DNA of 63,024 bases, counting the filler. It is 5 parts of 5 records of this genome, joined end to end, with 100 filler letters (N's around TTAATTAATTAA, not from the genome) between each part and the next. Parts side by side here need not be neighbours in the genome. Positions count along the whole stretch, not along the records: positions 29,268 to 41,135 come from SRR20825019_2798; 4 more parts are not named here. The stretch is one strand, 5' to 3'. Shown piece by piece: positions 29,268-40,048 of the stretch (position 1 is its first letter; each line of letters opens with the position of its first letter). The position numbers were made by a program, and so were the translations under genes. Under the pieces are notes generated by a model, which did not search any database, was not told the origin of the DNA, and saw only the letters and a list, made by a program, of their open reading frames with translations.

Positions 29268-29297
29268 GGCGGACTCGGGGGCGGGGACGGCGGGCAT
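29268..29297 (-). CDS. First 10 codons of probable 60S ribosomal protein L7 (uL30), truncated
   Basis: MPAVPAPESA matches my recollection of trypanosomatid RPL7 (PAVPAPESAIKRAA); preceded by a pyrimidine tract and AG. Only 10 aa visible. Confidence 0.6.
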
Positions 29298-29312
29298 GAG
29301 CGTAACTCTTAC

Positions 29313-29350
29313 CTAAAGTATTGTAATGAAGGAAAGGAGGGAGGGAACAA
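29313..29350 (-). promoter_or_regulatory. Candidate trans-splice acceptor (polypyrimidine tract + AG)
   Basis: Minus strand TTGTTCCCTCCCTCCTTTCCTTC..TTTAG just upstream of the ATG. Confidence 0.55.
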
Positions 29351-29751
29351 AGTAAAAGACGTGGTCATGCAACAAACATAACAGACATATATACATAACA
29401 TGCCCATACCTCCCGAACGGAGAGAGGGTACTGTTTTTCAAAAGGCAAAAGCAATGTTATAGTTGTATTCGGAATAATATGAAATGGCTCTCTAATATTG
29501 GGATAGTAAAGAGGTGGTGGGCACAGCATTCTATTGTGTGTGTGTCGTCGTCCCCCATTGGTGTGGTTGGGTTCTGACTGCTCTATTGTTGTAGTCCCTT
29601 TCATATTCTGTTGTTGTGTGCACGGTATTTCTTTCTTAGTGTGTTGTATAGTGTTTTGTATATTGTTGTTGTGTGTAGCAGATTTGCGTGTTTTCTATTT
29701 GATGTGAATGGTTAATTCTCAATGGTGGTGTTGGGTATACCCCCAACCCCC

Positions 29752-32700
29752 TTACCAGTCATCCATGACTCCAAAGCGGTCCAGTACCATCTGTTGCTCG
29801 TTGAGGTCCTTCTGCACCTTCTTCCTCATGTAGAACACAGGGCAGTCCTTGCTTGAGCACAGCACCTCCTGATGGAGGGATCCCTGGCACTGCTGGCACT
29901 GTGTCCATACCTTGGAGTACGTAGCCTCGCAGTGATTACGCTTGGCTAGCACCTTCATGTACACCTCCCCCTCCTTATCTCGACAACCGTCACAGACGGC
30001 ACCGGAGGGGATGCCCTTACGGCAAGACAGGCACTGGAGCTGGACCTTGACGAACTTCATTAAGCCTCCTGCGTTGGCGCTTGGGACGGGGATGGCGATC
30101 TGACGGGTATGGTCACCGCTGATGAGGGATTGGGGGTTGTCGAGGACACCCTCGAATACTCGTAGAAGGGGTGGTGCCAAGAAGTGCTCAAGGTAGTACT
30201 GAGAGTCAATGGGGATGTTGTTCTCTAGCACATAGATGGGGTCCTCACTGCGCTCAAAGGCCTTGGCCCCCTTGACAGCCTTGATAATGACGTATGCTAC
30301 ACGATCCCCAACTGTAGGGGCAGAGGCAGGATCCCGCTGCCTCATACGCTCCACTAGAGCAATATGGGCCGTCTTGTTCTCGTACTCACTGGTAGCCTTC
30401 GCAAACGCCTTGGTGATGACGAGGTGGGAGATATCTAGCCGATTCATAAGGAGGTCACTAATAGTGCCCTTAACGAACTCGACAGCAGTACTCAACGACC
30501 TCTGGATCAAAATCCGATTCAACACACCGCTAATGACGCTGGCAACGAGGGGACAGTTATCACGTCGGACGGTTTCAATACCCTTGGTGTCCAGCTTGTC
30601 GTACTTCTCAGAGTTGGTCCATAACAGGCCGGCATAGCGCTTCTTATTCATCAGGAGGAAGGGGAAGTACACCTTCTCGAACTCCAGCTTAATGGGCGCC
30701 TTGAAGGCCTCGGTGATCTTCGCAGCAGCCTCCACTCCAAATGCCATAGATTCGTCCAGCATAGCCTTATCCCCGTTGGTACCATCGACTTGGCAACATT
30801 CAATCATAACCGAATCGGTATCACCATACACAACTCGTACTCCTGGGTATGTAGACTCGGCAAGGGACTTCGTGGACTCAATCATTTGACGACCAAAGGA
30901 GGTGACCGATGCACTGATCTCAAGACACGGCAACTTTCCCACCTGAGCACCAGTGAATCCGTACACCGAGTTGGCACTGATCTTGAGGGCTAGCTGACGA
31001 CCGTTAAGTACAGCGTACTCCAGGGGGTCCTTAGCGTCTTTCATCATGGTCTTGGCACGCTTACGGGCCGATAGAAGGTCGTTGAGAATCTCGGGCAGGA
31101 TGCCAGAGAAGAGGTGAGGCTTGACGTATGTATCACCTGAGGGGGATACAGTAACGTCCTCGGGATTAAACTTCTTAGCGTCGGTCTTCTTTACGAGGGT
31201 GGAGTAGCACAGATTATGGGCCATCATGATGGATGGGTACAGGGATGCGAAATCGAGGGTGGCGACGGGCTTTTGGTGGTAGAACCCCTTCATGGGGCTG
31301 ATGACCGTAGCGCCCTCATAGCCAATGGCACCCTCCCCACCACCGCTGTACTCCACGGTTGGGAACAGTAGCCCCTTAACGCGACCCTTACGCAGAATCT
31401 GAGAGAAGACCTTAATCTGCTGCCCACGCTCCAAAAGCCACCCAATGGGGACTCCTGTCACACGAGCCATCTCGACGTTATTGACGATGACCATGAGCTT
31501 ATCAATCAGTCGAATAGGGAGGTAGGCGTCCTTGAGGCAGTAGACTGCTAAACGACGACGGGTTTCATCATCTCCGTTTTGTAGGTCGGCGATAATGGAG
31601 TGATGCACATCCTCCTTCTGCTCCCCAAGGAAGTGTTGGGATACTGAGTTGAGAGAGTAGCTTCGTAGCTTGTAATCACGTTGGATGACCACCATTACAT
31701 CCATCACCACTCGGCCCTCGACAGTCACCTCAACGTACTCCCTGTTACCCATCTGCTTCGACATGAACTGCTTGACACGAGCCTGGGTACGCTCATGCTT
31801 CTGCCTGCTCCAGTACGCGAAGCGGTTTGTGATGTTGAGGGTCGCAGCACGGTTAATAAGGTAGGGGAAATCGAAGCCGCTGATGTTGTAGCCGGTGAGC
31901 ATGTCGGGGTCGATCTTACGTAAGTACTGGGACCATGCCACCAGCATATCCTCCTCCGTATCAAAGCTAAACACCTCTGCTCCAGCAATACCCTGACAGC
32001 TCTTAAGAGTGAAGATGACCTTTGAGAAGACGTCGCTGTTACCATAGAGAACCACGTGGTTGGCGATCTGAATGACGGGGTCGTGGTTGGCATCGGGGAA
32101 GAACCCCTTCCTACCCATACATTCAATATCCAGCGACATCACACGGAAGGGTGCAATAGACATCATCTCCCCCACAGGCTCGTGGTTAGTCAAACACTCA
32201 TAGCTACAATCAATCTCGATTTGGCAGTTGGAGGACTGTACGGCGGTGGGACGGAACTTACCCTTAGCAGCAGTGACCCAGGTACAACCACCAATACCAG
32301 TATCCACAAGGAATCGGAGTGGGAATATGACGTTACTCTCGTAGGTGCTGAATTGACGCCATTCGTTGTTCCACATGATGCCCTGAAGGAGGAGGGATCG
32401 TACCTTGGCTACCTGCTGGGGAAGCTTACACACCACCTTGAGGAACTGCTTATGTTGCCCATCGGTGTAGTGAAGTAGTCCAAGCTTGTGCTCCGTCTCA
32501 ATGCGGACGACGGCCTCGTCGGTCTTGGTGAGTTGTTGGTTGATGACGGCAGCGAGCTCGGGGCCCTCATGGGGGTACCAGTCAGGAGGGGCGGGCATGT
32601 AGAGGTAGGGCTCGAAGTTGTAGATGTTGGCAAGTACCGAGTGGCCATTCTTAGTCACACCATACAGGCGTACGATGGGCACCTCGGGGTGGTCAAGGGT

Positions 32701-32847
32701 AGATACAGCTGGGTTAGGGGAGCCCTTCAGCTGCACACAGTCCAGCACTTGGAAGCGTAGCTCCTCGTTGATGTAGGTAGGGTCCAAGGAGGGGCGGCCG
32801 GCGGCCTCATTCACTCGGAATGAATAAGATGGCTTCATCACACTCAT
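29752..32847 (-). CDS. POLD1: Eukaryotic DNA polymerase delta catalytic subunit
   Basis: 1031 aa, intron-less; ExoI DIEC, DFASLYPS, QLALKISANSVYGFTG, YGDTDS, and C-terminal CysA (CLSC..CDGC) and CysB (CQQC..CSSKDC). Confidence 0.95.
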   Translation of the reverse strand: MSVMKPSYSFRVNEAAGRPSLDPTYINEELRFQVLDCVQLKGSPNPAVSTLDHPEVPIVRLYGVTKNGHSVLANIYNFEPYLYMPAPPDWYPHEGPELAAVINQQLTKTDEAVVRIETEHKLGLLHYTDGQHKQFLKVVCKLPQQVAKVRSLLLQGIMWNNEWRQFSTYESNVIFPLRFLVDTGIGGCTWVTAAKGKFRPTAVQSSNCQIEIDCSYECLTNHEPVGEMMSIAPFRVMSLDIECMGRKGFFPDANHDPVIQIANHVVLYGNSDVFSKVIFTLKSCQGIAGAEVFSFDTEEDMLVAWSQYLRKIDPDMLTGYNISGFDFPYLINRAATLNITNRFAYWSRQKHERTQARVKQFMSKQMGNREYVEVTVEGRVVMDVMVVIQRDYKLRSYSLNSVSQHFLGEQKEDVHHSIIADLQNGDDETRRRLAVYCLKDAYLPIRLIDKLMVIVNNVEMARVTGVPIGWLLERGQQIKVFSQILRKGRVKGLLFPTVEYSGGGEGAIGYEGATVISPMKGFYHQKPVATLDFASLYPSIMMAHNLCYSTLVKKTDAKKFNPEDVTVSPSGDTYVKPHLFSGILPEILNDLLSARKRAKTMMKDAKDPLEYAVLNGRQLALKISANSVYGFTGAQVGKLPCLEISASVTSFGRQMIESTKSLAESTYPGVRVVYGDTDSVMIECCQVDGTNGDKAMLDESMAFGVEAAAKITEAFKAPIKLEFEKVYFPFLLMNKKRYAGLLWTNSEKYDKLDTKGIETVRRDNCPLVASVISGVLNRILIQRSLSTAVEFVKGTISDLLMNRLDISHLVITKAFAKATSEYENKTAHIALVERMRQRDPASAPTVGDRVAYVIIKAVKGAKAFERSEDPIYVLENNIPIDSQYYLEHFLAPPLLRVFEGVLDNPQSLISGDHTRQIAIPVPSANAGGLMKFVKVQLQCLSCRKGIPSGAVCDGCRDKEGEVYMKVLAKRNHCEATYSKVWTQCQQCQGSLHQEVLCSSKDCPVFYMRKKVQKDLNEQQMVLDRFGVMDDW

Positions 32848-32860
32848 TTCGATATTTAGA

Positions 32861-32901
32861 CTTTAATAATCATAATTAATAATGAAGAAGGAGAAGGGAA
32901 A
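32861..32901 (-). promoter_or_regulatory. Candidate trans-splice acceptor for Pol delta
   Basis: Minus strand TTTCCCTTCTCCTTCTTC..TAAAG, 13 nt before the ATG. Confidence 0.5.
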
Positions 32902-32959
32902 TATAAATGTAAGGTTTTCACAGTGAGAACATAAACATACAGTTCAAGGTGCAGCAGTG

Positions 32960-32984
32960 TAATAATAATAATAATAATAATAAT
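32960..32984. repeat. (TAA)8 microsatellite
   Basis: Read directly from the sequence. Confidence 0.9.
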
Positions 32985-33048
32985 CTAACTAGTGTCTACA
33001 TATTTTAACAACTTTAATGATGGAGCTGTTGTTGTGATCATCATAATA

Positions 33049-33441
33049 TTATTGTTGTCTATTGGACCGCTGATACAGCTGTGTGAGTAGGTTAGAACAC
33101 GCCTGTTTGCTCTTGTCACAGGGGCATGCTTTTTGTAGTGTTGCCCACATACCCTCATCCAACCTAATAGCGTTGGATGCTACTGCTGGGGCTTTAAGTA
33201 CCTCAAGGCCTAGTCGCCAAGAGGGCACTCCCACAACCTTACTACCACTACTACCCTTATTATTATTTTTATGTGCTGGTGGTGTTCGTTGGAGCAGGAC
33301 TTGTTGTAGTAGCATTGGGAGTGTGTGTCGATCCACCACCTTATTCCTAGCCCCGTCGGCAACCAGCTTGTAGACGTCATTGGGACTCCTCACTATGAGC
33401 CCTGCTAAGGTAGCTAGGGGTGTGGGGGAGTGGATGGGCAT
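33049..33441 (-). CDS. Hypothetical protein
   Basis: 130-aa ORF, GC-richer than its flanks, on the same strand as neighbours, with upstream pyrimidine tract and ACAG. Confidence 0.6.
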   Translation of the reverse strand: MPIHSPTPLATLAGLIVRSPNDVYKLVADGARNKVVDRHTLPMLLQQVLLQRTPPAHKNNNKGSSGSKVVGVPSWRLGLEVLKAPAVASNAIRLDEGMWATLQKACPCDKSKQACSNLLTQLYQRSNRQQ

Positions 33442-34098
33442 TGTTTTTATTTAAATAAAAGAGGTACTGTAAAGTGTGTTTGAAGGAAGGATAAAACATT
33501 AAATTGTATATTCAAGCAAGCATCAAATCATCAATTTATAAAAGTCAAGATGGAGTCCAAAGAGTTCCGTTCTGCGCACACGTACATACACAACCACTCT
33601 ATGGGGGTGGTGAGCATGTATGTGTGTGTGTTGGTGGGAAACGCTCAAGGGAGGGGCCAAAGAGGGAAAGCGTTGGATGAACGCCAGTTGTGCGTAGTTG
33701 CTACAATTTTTAGCAGAATAGCAGAAGTTATAAAATATTTCAAAATACGAAAATCTAAAATAACGGTGTTGGAAAGTAATATGGATTGATGTGTGCTTTA
33801 GGTCGATGGTCATCAAGGATATGTTGTTGTAAAGCTACAATAGTGTGTAAGGAACTGTATGAGTTGGATGCTGTTTTTGTCGTCTGACAACACGTGCCCA
33901 GCAATGAATGCACTTCCTCCACCTGATGATTGTTTTGCGAAAACGTAAAAGGGGTGGTGTGATGGCATCCGACATCGTGTGTTGATAACTTCATTCCTCT
34001 CGATTTTGGGTACAGTGTGTGTGTGTGATGGCGTTGGTTGATATAAAGTAGATTTTTTGTAAATTTTGTTTTGTAATTTTCACTGTATCCTAACGCCC

Positions 34099-36604
34099 TT
34101 ACTCAGCCTTGCAAGGGTGGTGGTCACCACAGGAAGGGGCTGCACTGCATCCGGAAATGTTATCACGGTGCTGTGGGGCTGATGATGGTGCGGAGGCATA
34201 GGTGCCTTCCCCATAGGGTCGCTGTTGATACGATGGTTGTGGGGTCCATGGTGACTGTCCTCCATTGCCAATAGGTACCCCCGCTACGGGCTGTTGTTGG
34301 CCGTAGATGGAGTGGGGCGGGTATGGAGTGTTGAAGGCGGCGGGGTTAGGTTTGTGTTGATGGTTGAATTGGGATTGGTGATGTTGCTGTTGTTGTGGGT
34401 GGACAAGGTGAGGTTCTGGGACAGAAAGAAGAGGATCGTTCCCGGTGTGTCGCCGTGCTAGGGGAGACGTCCCTGCTGCCTGGGGCTGTGCCTCCTCAGT
34501 AGTAGTGCGGACCGGTCCGAGCTCCTGATCACCATTGCCAGAGGTTGTCATATCATCATCTGTACATCCCTTTTGAAGGACAACAAATCTAATAAAACAG
34601 TAGACTATTGCAACCGCTCCAATGGCACCCCCGCATATCATAAGTATATGCTCGATGCCGAGCCCGCTCTTACCACCACCACCACCCGAGTCGTCATCAG
34701 TGGATTTCTTAGTGGGTGTGACGTAGCAGGTGACGTACTTCCCATAGGTCGTAGCAGGCTCCTCGATCCCCCTCCCACGACAAACTTGTCGCGGATGAGG
34801 GGCAGTATGTGATGGTAAATTTCTTATAAGAGGTGGGGGAGGTGTACTGGGAGTACACACTGTACCCACTAGTAAATCCGTCCATACTACATATTTTCGT
34901 TGAGGCGTCGGATACTGACAAATATGGGATTATGGTTACGTATCCCCATGTATCATTATCCCCAAGTCGTGCCTGTAGGTATCCCTTCTCGGTCTCTGCT
35001 CGGCCCACTAGTCGGTAGGTAAAGGAGGCGAGGGTTGTGTTGTGGGGGATGCCACAATCAATGGATACATACCCACTACATTGGGTCGATATGGTTAGGG
35101 AGGCCGAGGTCTGGGGACCACTGTATTGTAGCTTACATTCATGAAGGGATGACGTATTGGATGAACAGGTTATGTTATTAATGGACTGGTTGGAAGTGAT
35201 GGAGGCAGGTAGTTTGAACCACGATGCTTGATACCCAGAGGTGATCTGAAGCGTCCTGCAGGTGGCCTCTGCAGCTGCTTGGTCGAACCCATCACTACAC
35301 ACTTTACCCCAGCCGCTGTTGGTGGCTGTGTTGCGGGTAATGAGCGTACCAACCCCGAAAAGTGAAGTAGACGAGTCATTGCTCTCTAATCCAAAATACG
35401 TGTTATTCTGGTTCATTTTGCAAGCAATTGCAGTTGCATACCCGCTTTGGCATTCTCCAGTCTTTGTGCTTACAATCGCTGAGCACGATGCGGATGATCC
35501 AAATTGACCGTTGCAGCCAAGGTAGTACCCAATCGTGTAGCCACTACGACTAGACTTAGCCAACGCACCGAAATCAAATTCTGTATGAAACTGTGAGCAC
35601 ATGGACATGGCCACATTCTGGGTGATTCCCGAGTTGCGGTAGCAGACTAGAGTGTTGTTCACCAAGAGCGTCTGGAACCCCTGGTACTGGTTGTTGGTGG
35701 AGGTTTCTACCCCGAGCTGGAGGTCAAAGGTAACAGGACACGACACCTCGGGTGTATAGTAGCGCTTACCTGAGCACACTTCCCCTGACTGATCAGATAG
35801 ATAGGTGTTGTACGTACATGCTCCATCAAGTAACTTCTTACCAACCCCATCGTTCGCACATGTAAAGTTGGAAAGGTAGAGTTGTGTGTTGGTTTCGATT
35901 GTTGAATTCTTCATTGTGGCAGAGGTGGAGTTCCAACCCAAGGATTGGCATGTGGCTTGTGCGGCGTTGCTACCAAGGATACCTGTGGCTGATGTAGCCC
36001 CCTCATCGTCTACACAAATGGCCCCAGAGAATACAGTAGTGGTTGGTCGCATATCTGTCATAACTCTCCGATTGGTCATTGTGATCCGACCCACGCCATT
36101 ATTCGTAGTGTGGGGGGCTATATTGATGACGAGAGTGCTTTCGAGGGAAACTTTAGAGGAGCCTGCGAATGAGGCTGCCTCCCAGTCGATGGCCGTGCAT
36201 CGCAGATAGGGGGCATAATTACTGGTCTGGACAAGACCATAGTCAGTAAATGTGCAATCGGTGTCGAAGTTGGTGGCATTCTTGGGGCAGTCGATGGCGA
36301 TGTCGTAAGTAGTTTGGTGGATGCATGTATAGGTAGTTTCATACAGCTGTCCGAGGTAGTTTGGCGTAAACCCGAGGAGTTTACAAAATAAATTGGCTGA
36401 TGTTTGTGTAACCCTGGAAGCAGGTATGTAGCCTGCTGCCACAGAGGAGTTGGGTGTGAAGTAAAGGCATCCGGTGTTGGCAGAATTGGACTGCCAGCCT
36501 ACTGACCAGGCATGGGACTCCTGAATAGGACGTGAGTGGTACACCACTACAATAAGTAGTAGTATCCCTACTACCATCTTCGGTCCTTTTGGGACGATCA
36601 TCAA
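34099..36604 (-). CDS. Type I membrane protein with about five SRCR-like domains, split by one apparent frameshift near 34745-34790
   Basis: ORF 36604-34709: signal peptide plus repeats such as WGKVCSDGFDQAAAEATCRTL..ITCSSNTSSLHEC. Overlapping ORF ending 34099: TM helix (ILMICGGAIGAVAIVYCFIRFVVL) plus P/Q-rich tail. Confidence 0.65.
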
Positions 36605-36785
36605 CGTTATTAGAACTAAAATATGTGTGAAATGTGGAACACGTACATTAAAGAGTAATAGATGTCATCAATACTAATAAAACAACACAACAACACCCTG
36701 ATGAGAAAGGGGACAGTTTTAAAGTGTGTGAGTCTATGAAGCCGAATTAAGTTTAGTTCCCCCAAGAGGGTTGGTGGTGTGCCGG

Positions 36786-39700
36786 TTATTGGGGGCATAG
36801 TGTTGTTGGCACGGTGGTACTTATAATGTAGAGAGGGGTGGTGTCATCCTCATAATCCTTTCCATTAACCACTGCTGTATTTAGTAGTGGTTTGAAGTAT
36901 CGGGGGAGTTGTTGACCTTCATCTTCTTGGTGGGATGAGGTCATAATAGTTCCAACTACCCACCTTGATCTAACATCACTGTTGGGAGGAACTGACGACG
37001 ACTTATTGGTACTGAGGTCGTCATCGTCGTGGTGGTTGTTGATACCTTCCCTATTATTACTTGATATCAGTATCCACACCTTTGAGGTATCGAGAGTAGG
37101 TTGTGGTGGTAGAATGGTAGAAGTGGTGGTGTCTAGATACACCTCAACGCACAGGAATGATGTCACCTGGTTGGCTACCAGCACAGCCCTGCTATCATTT
37201 CCACCATGGGTAGGCGGCTTCCCCCACCACGACACTGATGCGTTGATGTTGTGAAGTTGAAAGGAAGGTGAGGAGGATGGATTGAGACAAGAGGGGAGGG
37301 TTCCCTGTGTAGGTCCTAACTGCACTATCATAGCAGGGTTGCTGGTGGTGTATTGTACCGGTGGAGCACTCTTTAGTATGATACTGTACTGCTGGTATGT
37401 TGTTGGGAGTGTGGGGTGGGGATGCACTGCTTCATCACCATCGTTCCCCTTTTCAACCGCCAACTCATTCACAACTATTTCCTCTACACCCCAAGAGGGA
37501 ACGACGATATTTGCACCAGCACTGTCGGTACCTGTCCTGGTGGTGATGTCAGCTAGTGGGAGGTGTACACGGCAGTTGCGGAGGTCAAGAATAGCGGGTA
37601 GTACACACATGGCACCACTACCACATTCGGGAGCAAGCCGGAGGCGGAGTGATCGAAATAGTTGCGCTGCATTATGAAGAGATACCCACCTCATCCGACG
37701 ACTTGACGCTGTCGTCGAGGAACTGCCAGTATGTTGGGTGTGAGAGGAGGATGGTATACGAACTGGCATGGTTAGGGTAATAGTAGTGGGTGGGCCAGAG
37801 GTGGGAACACAGCGTGGTATACTTACACCGTCGGCTGGGATCCACCAACGACAACAGCCTTCATCACTGTGGCTGTGTGCATCCTCTAGCTGCTTGTGAA
37901 GTGCAGCTTGAAGTTCATCTTGCTGGTGCTCAAAGGTATGTAGTAGTGCAGCCGTTAGAAGGTGATCCGGTACCGATGGGTGAGAGGTCGTAGTATCAAC
38001 CGTTCTCTCAATTGTTAGTGCCTTCTCGACGTGGTGGTTACGATAGGTTCGGATACTGCTACCCACACGGTTCCTTCGATGTTGCTGGGTAAGCATTTGC
38101 GTAATGCCCTTGGATATTGAGACCCAGCCACCACTACCACCACTACTACTGCCCTGATCGTCGTCATCTTCCTTGGATAAGGAGGGATGTGTAGTTGAAG
38201 TTGGTGTCAACCACATTCGATGTTGGTGGTTATCACGTCGTAGAAGAGGCGAGGTGGGGGTTGGTTGTACAGCAGGGATCTCTCCCAGGGTCATACCTAT
38301 AGCCCCTGCTACCTCCTCTTTATTGTGACCATCCTTCTTAGATTGCCTCGGGGCGGTTAGTTGTTGTTGTTGTCGTGCCTCCCGTTGTTGAAGGATACGT
38401 CGAAGCATGTCGGGGGTAGGTTGGACAGAGGAGGAGGTGGTATTGTTGTTAGTTGTGGTGGTAGGAGGGCCTCCCCCTAAACTCCCTTGTTGCTGTGAGA
38501 GAGCACCATAGTGAGCTACCGCTGCTGATTGGGTGATGGTCGCACTGACACTACTTTCCCCACTTGGAAGATTCTTCGCCGTTGGTGGTACATAGGATGG
38601 TGTTGTTGGTGAAGTAGGTGTTGGATTGTCGTTGTGAAGAGAAAGCGGATGGCGTATGGCGGCACCTTCTTGTGATGGTGGTGGTGAGGACGGGTGCGTT
38701 GACGGTTGTTTGTAATTTACGCCGACTTGCCCAGCCGAGTACATCCGAAGCCGAATTGTCACATCGCAGACCATTCCACTAGTAGATGGTGCCTCTGATG
38801 GTATTGTGGAGGTTACATACCCAGGGTTGGTAAAGGGGTCGTGTTGGATGAAGGCTGCAACATTGTCTAATATATTCATATTATCTAACACACTATTATT
38901 GGACTTCTGATCGACGATACACTCGCTACTACTACCAGAGTTTCCAGCCTCCCCACGAAGCCACTCCTCCAGCCCCATAGCTCTCTGGTGAGCACTCCCA
39001 CCGCGGTTGGAAGTGGTGATGTGATTGTACTCTTCCTCTAAAAGGGTTGTCAGGGTGCTCTCATTTATAAAATATAGATGTGAGGGGTCATGGTACAGTG
39101 GTGGGGGTATGTGTAGTGTACCGCCCCCATGTGGGAGGAGGTTGAGGCCTCCTCTTTTTCCTGCACCCCACCGTTGTAGAGCAGAGTGGGATTTGCTTGC
39201 TGCTGCTGTACTAATGGGGTGGTCTTGTAACTGGTAGTGCTTTGGGGGGAAGGTTGTGTTAGAGGAGGTTGGGTCCACATTACATATAGGCCGTTGCGTT
39301 TCGACGTCATACGGTGGTGGTGGTATGGCACCCCCACCATTTGTAGTAGTGTGTAGTAAGGATGGACCGCTGAAGAGGGCATGGTTGCGTAGATACACAT
39401 CCCTCACCGCTCCTTCATATTGCCGCTCCCCTAGTGATGGCCGCTGAAATCCCACATCGGGGACAAGCCCCTGAAGATGGTAGTGAGGTGGTGTTGATGT
39501 CCCCTTCTTCTTAGACTTCCTTCTTCCCGATGACGACGAGGTGGATTTGACCCGCTGTGGCTTAGTGTTGAGGGGAAGGAGGTCAGTGGTTTCCCAAAGA
39601 CCGTCGAATGTGCCCATTGTTCGGGGTTGGTTGCTGGGAGGGGATAGTGGGGGGCGTGATGGTGGATTATCAGCCCCGAACAACTCCCTCCAGTCGATCC

Positions 39701-39863
39701 GACTATTGTTAATAATTGTGTGAGGGTCATCATCATCATCTGTTATTGTAGTAGTAGATACCGATGTGGTAGTGATACCACATCGGAGCCCTCCATTGAG
39801 GGGGGATGTGTGAAGTAGTTGTAGTAGGGGTGATGGTGATATGTGATGACGGGGACGGAACAT
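36786..39863 (-). CDS. Large low-complexity hypothetical protein, possibly mitochondrion-targeted
   Basis: About 1025-aa open frame; likely start MFRPRHH lies downstream of a pyrimidine tract and AG (about 39894-39928); S/T/P/Q-rich. Confidence 0.65.
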   Translation of the reverse strand: MFRPRHHISPSPLLQLLHTSPLNGGLRCGITTTSVSTTTITDDDDDPHTIINNSRIDWRELFGADNPPSRPPLSPPSNQPRTMGTFDGLWETTDLLPLNTKPQRVKSTSSSSGRRKSKKKGTSTPPHYHLQGLVPDVGFQRPSLGERQYEGAVRDVYLRNHALFSGPSLLHTTTNGGGAIPPPPYDVETQRPICNVDPTSSNTTFPPKHYQLQDHPISTAAASKSHSALQRWGAGKRGGLNLLPHGGGTLHIPPPLYHDPSHLYFINESTLTTLLEEEYNHITTSNRGGSAHQRAMGLEEWLRGEAGNSGSSSECIVDQKSNNSVLDNMNILDNVAAFIQHDPFTNPGYVTSTIPSEAPSTSGMVCDVTIRLRMYSAGQVGVNYKQPSTHPSSPPPSQEGAAIRHPLSLHNDNPTPTSPTTPSYVPPTAKNLPSGESSVSATITQSAAVAHYGALSQQQGSLGGGPPTTTTNNNTTSSSVQPTPDMLRRILQQREARQQQQLTAPRQSKKDGHNKEEVAGAIGMTLGEIPAVQPTPTSPLLRRDNHQHRMWLTPTSTTHPSLSKEDDDDQGSSSGGSGGWVSISKGITQMLTQQHRRNRVGSSIRTYRNHHVEKALTIERTVDTTTSHPSVPDHLLTAALLHTFEHQQDELQAALHKQLEDAHSHSDEGCCRWWIPADGVSIPRCVPTSGPPTTITLTMPVRIPSSSHTQHTGSSSTTASSRRMRWVSLHNAAQLFRSLRLRLAPECGSGAMCVLPAILDLRNCRVHLPLADITTRTGTDSAGANIVVPSWGVEEIVVNELAVEKGNDGDEAVHPHPTLPTTYQQYSIILKSAPPVQYTTSNPAMIVQLGPTQGTLPSCLNPSSSPSFQLHNINASVSWWGKPPTHGGNDSRAVLVANQVTSFLCVEVYLDTTTSTILPPQPTLDTSKVWILISSNNREGINNHHDDDDLSTNKSSSVPPNSDVRSRWVVGTIMTSSHQEDEGQQLPRYFKPLLNTAVVNGKDYEDDTTPLYIISTTVPTTLCPQ

Positions 39864-40048
39864 ACTCCTGTGTTTGTGTTTGTGGTGTTGTCGCTTAATA
39901 AAGGCATTTTGAGGAGAAAGGAAGGTAACATTCATTTAATATGATCGACTATAACACAACACGATAATGATGATTGTGATGGTTTAAAGGTGGCATTTCA
40001 AAGTGATCATAATAATAATGTGCAGATCATATAAAAACAACTTCAATG

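Noticed and set aside
29752..32847. Family-B polymerase as evidence of a giant virus, Polinton or transfer into bacteria
   Set aside because: It has the CysA/CysB C-terminus of cellular Pol delta, sits beside a probable ribosomal protein gene, and is on its own contig.
33442..34098. Short ORFs in AT-rich eukaryotic spacers (e.g. 33523-33816, also 29365-29604)
   Set aside because: UTR-like composition with GT/TA-rich tracts and no protein motifs.
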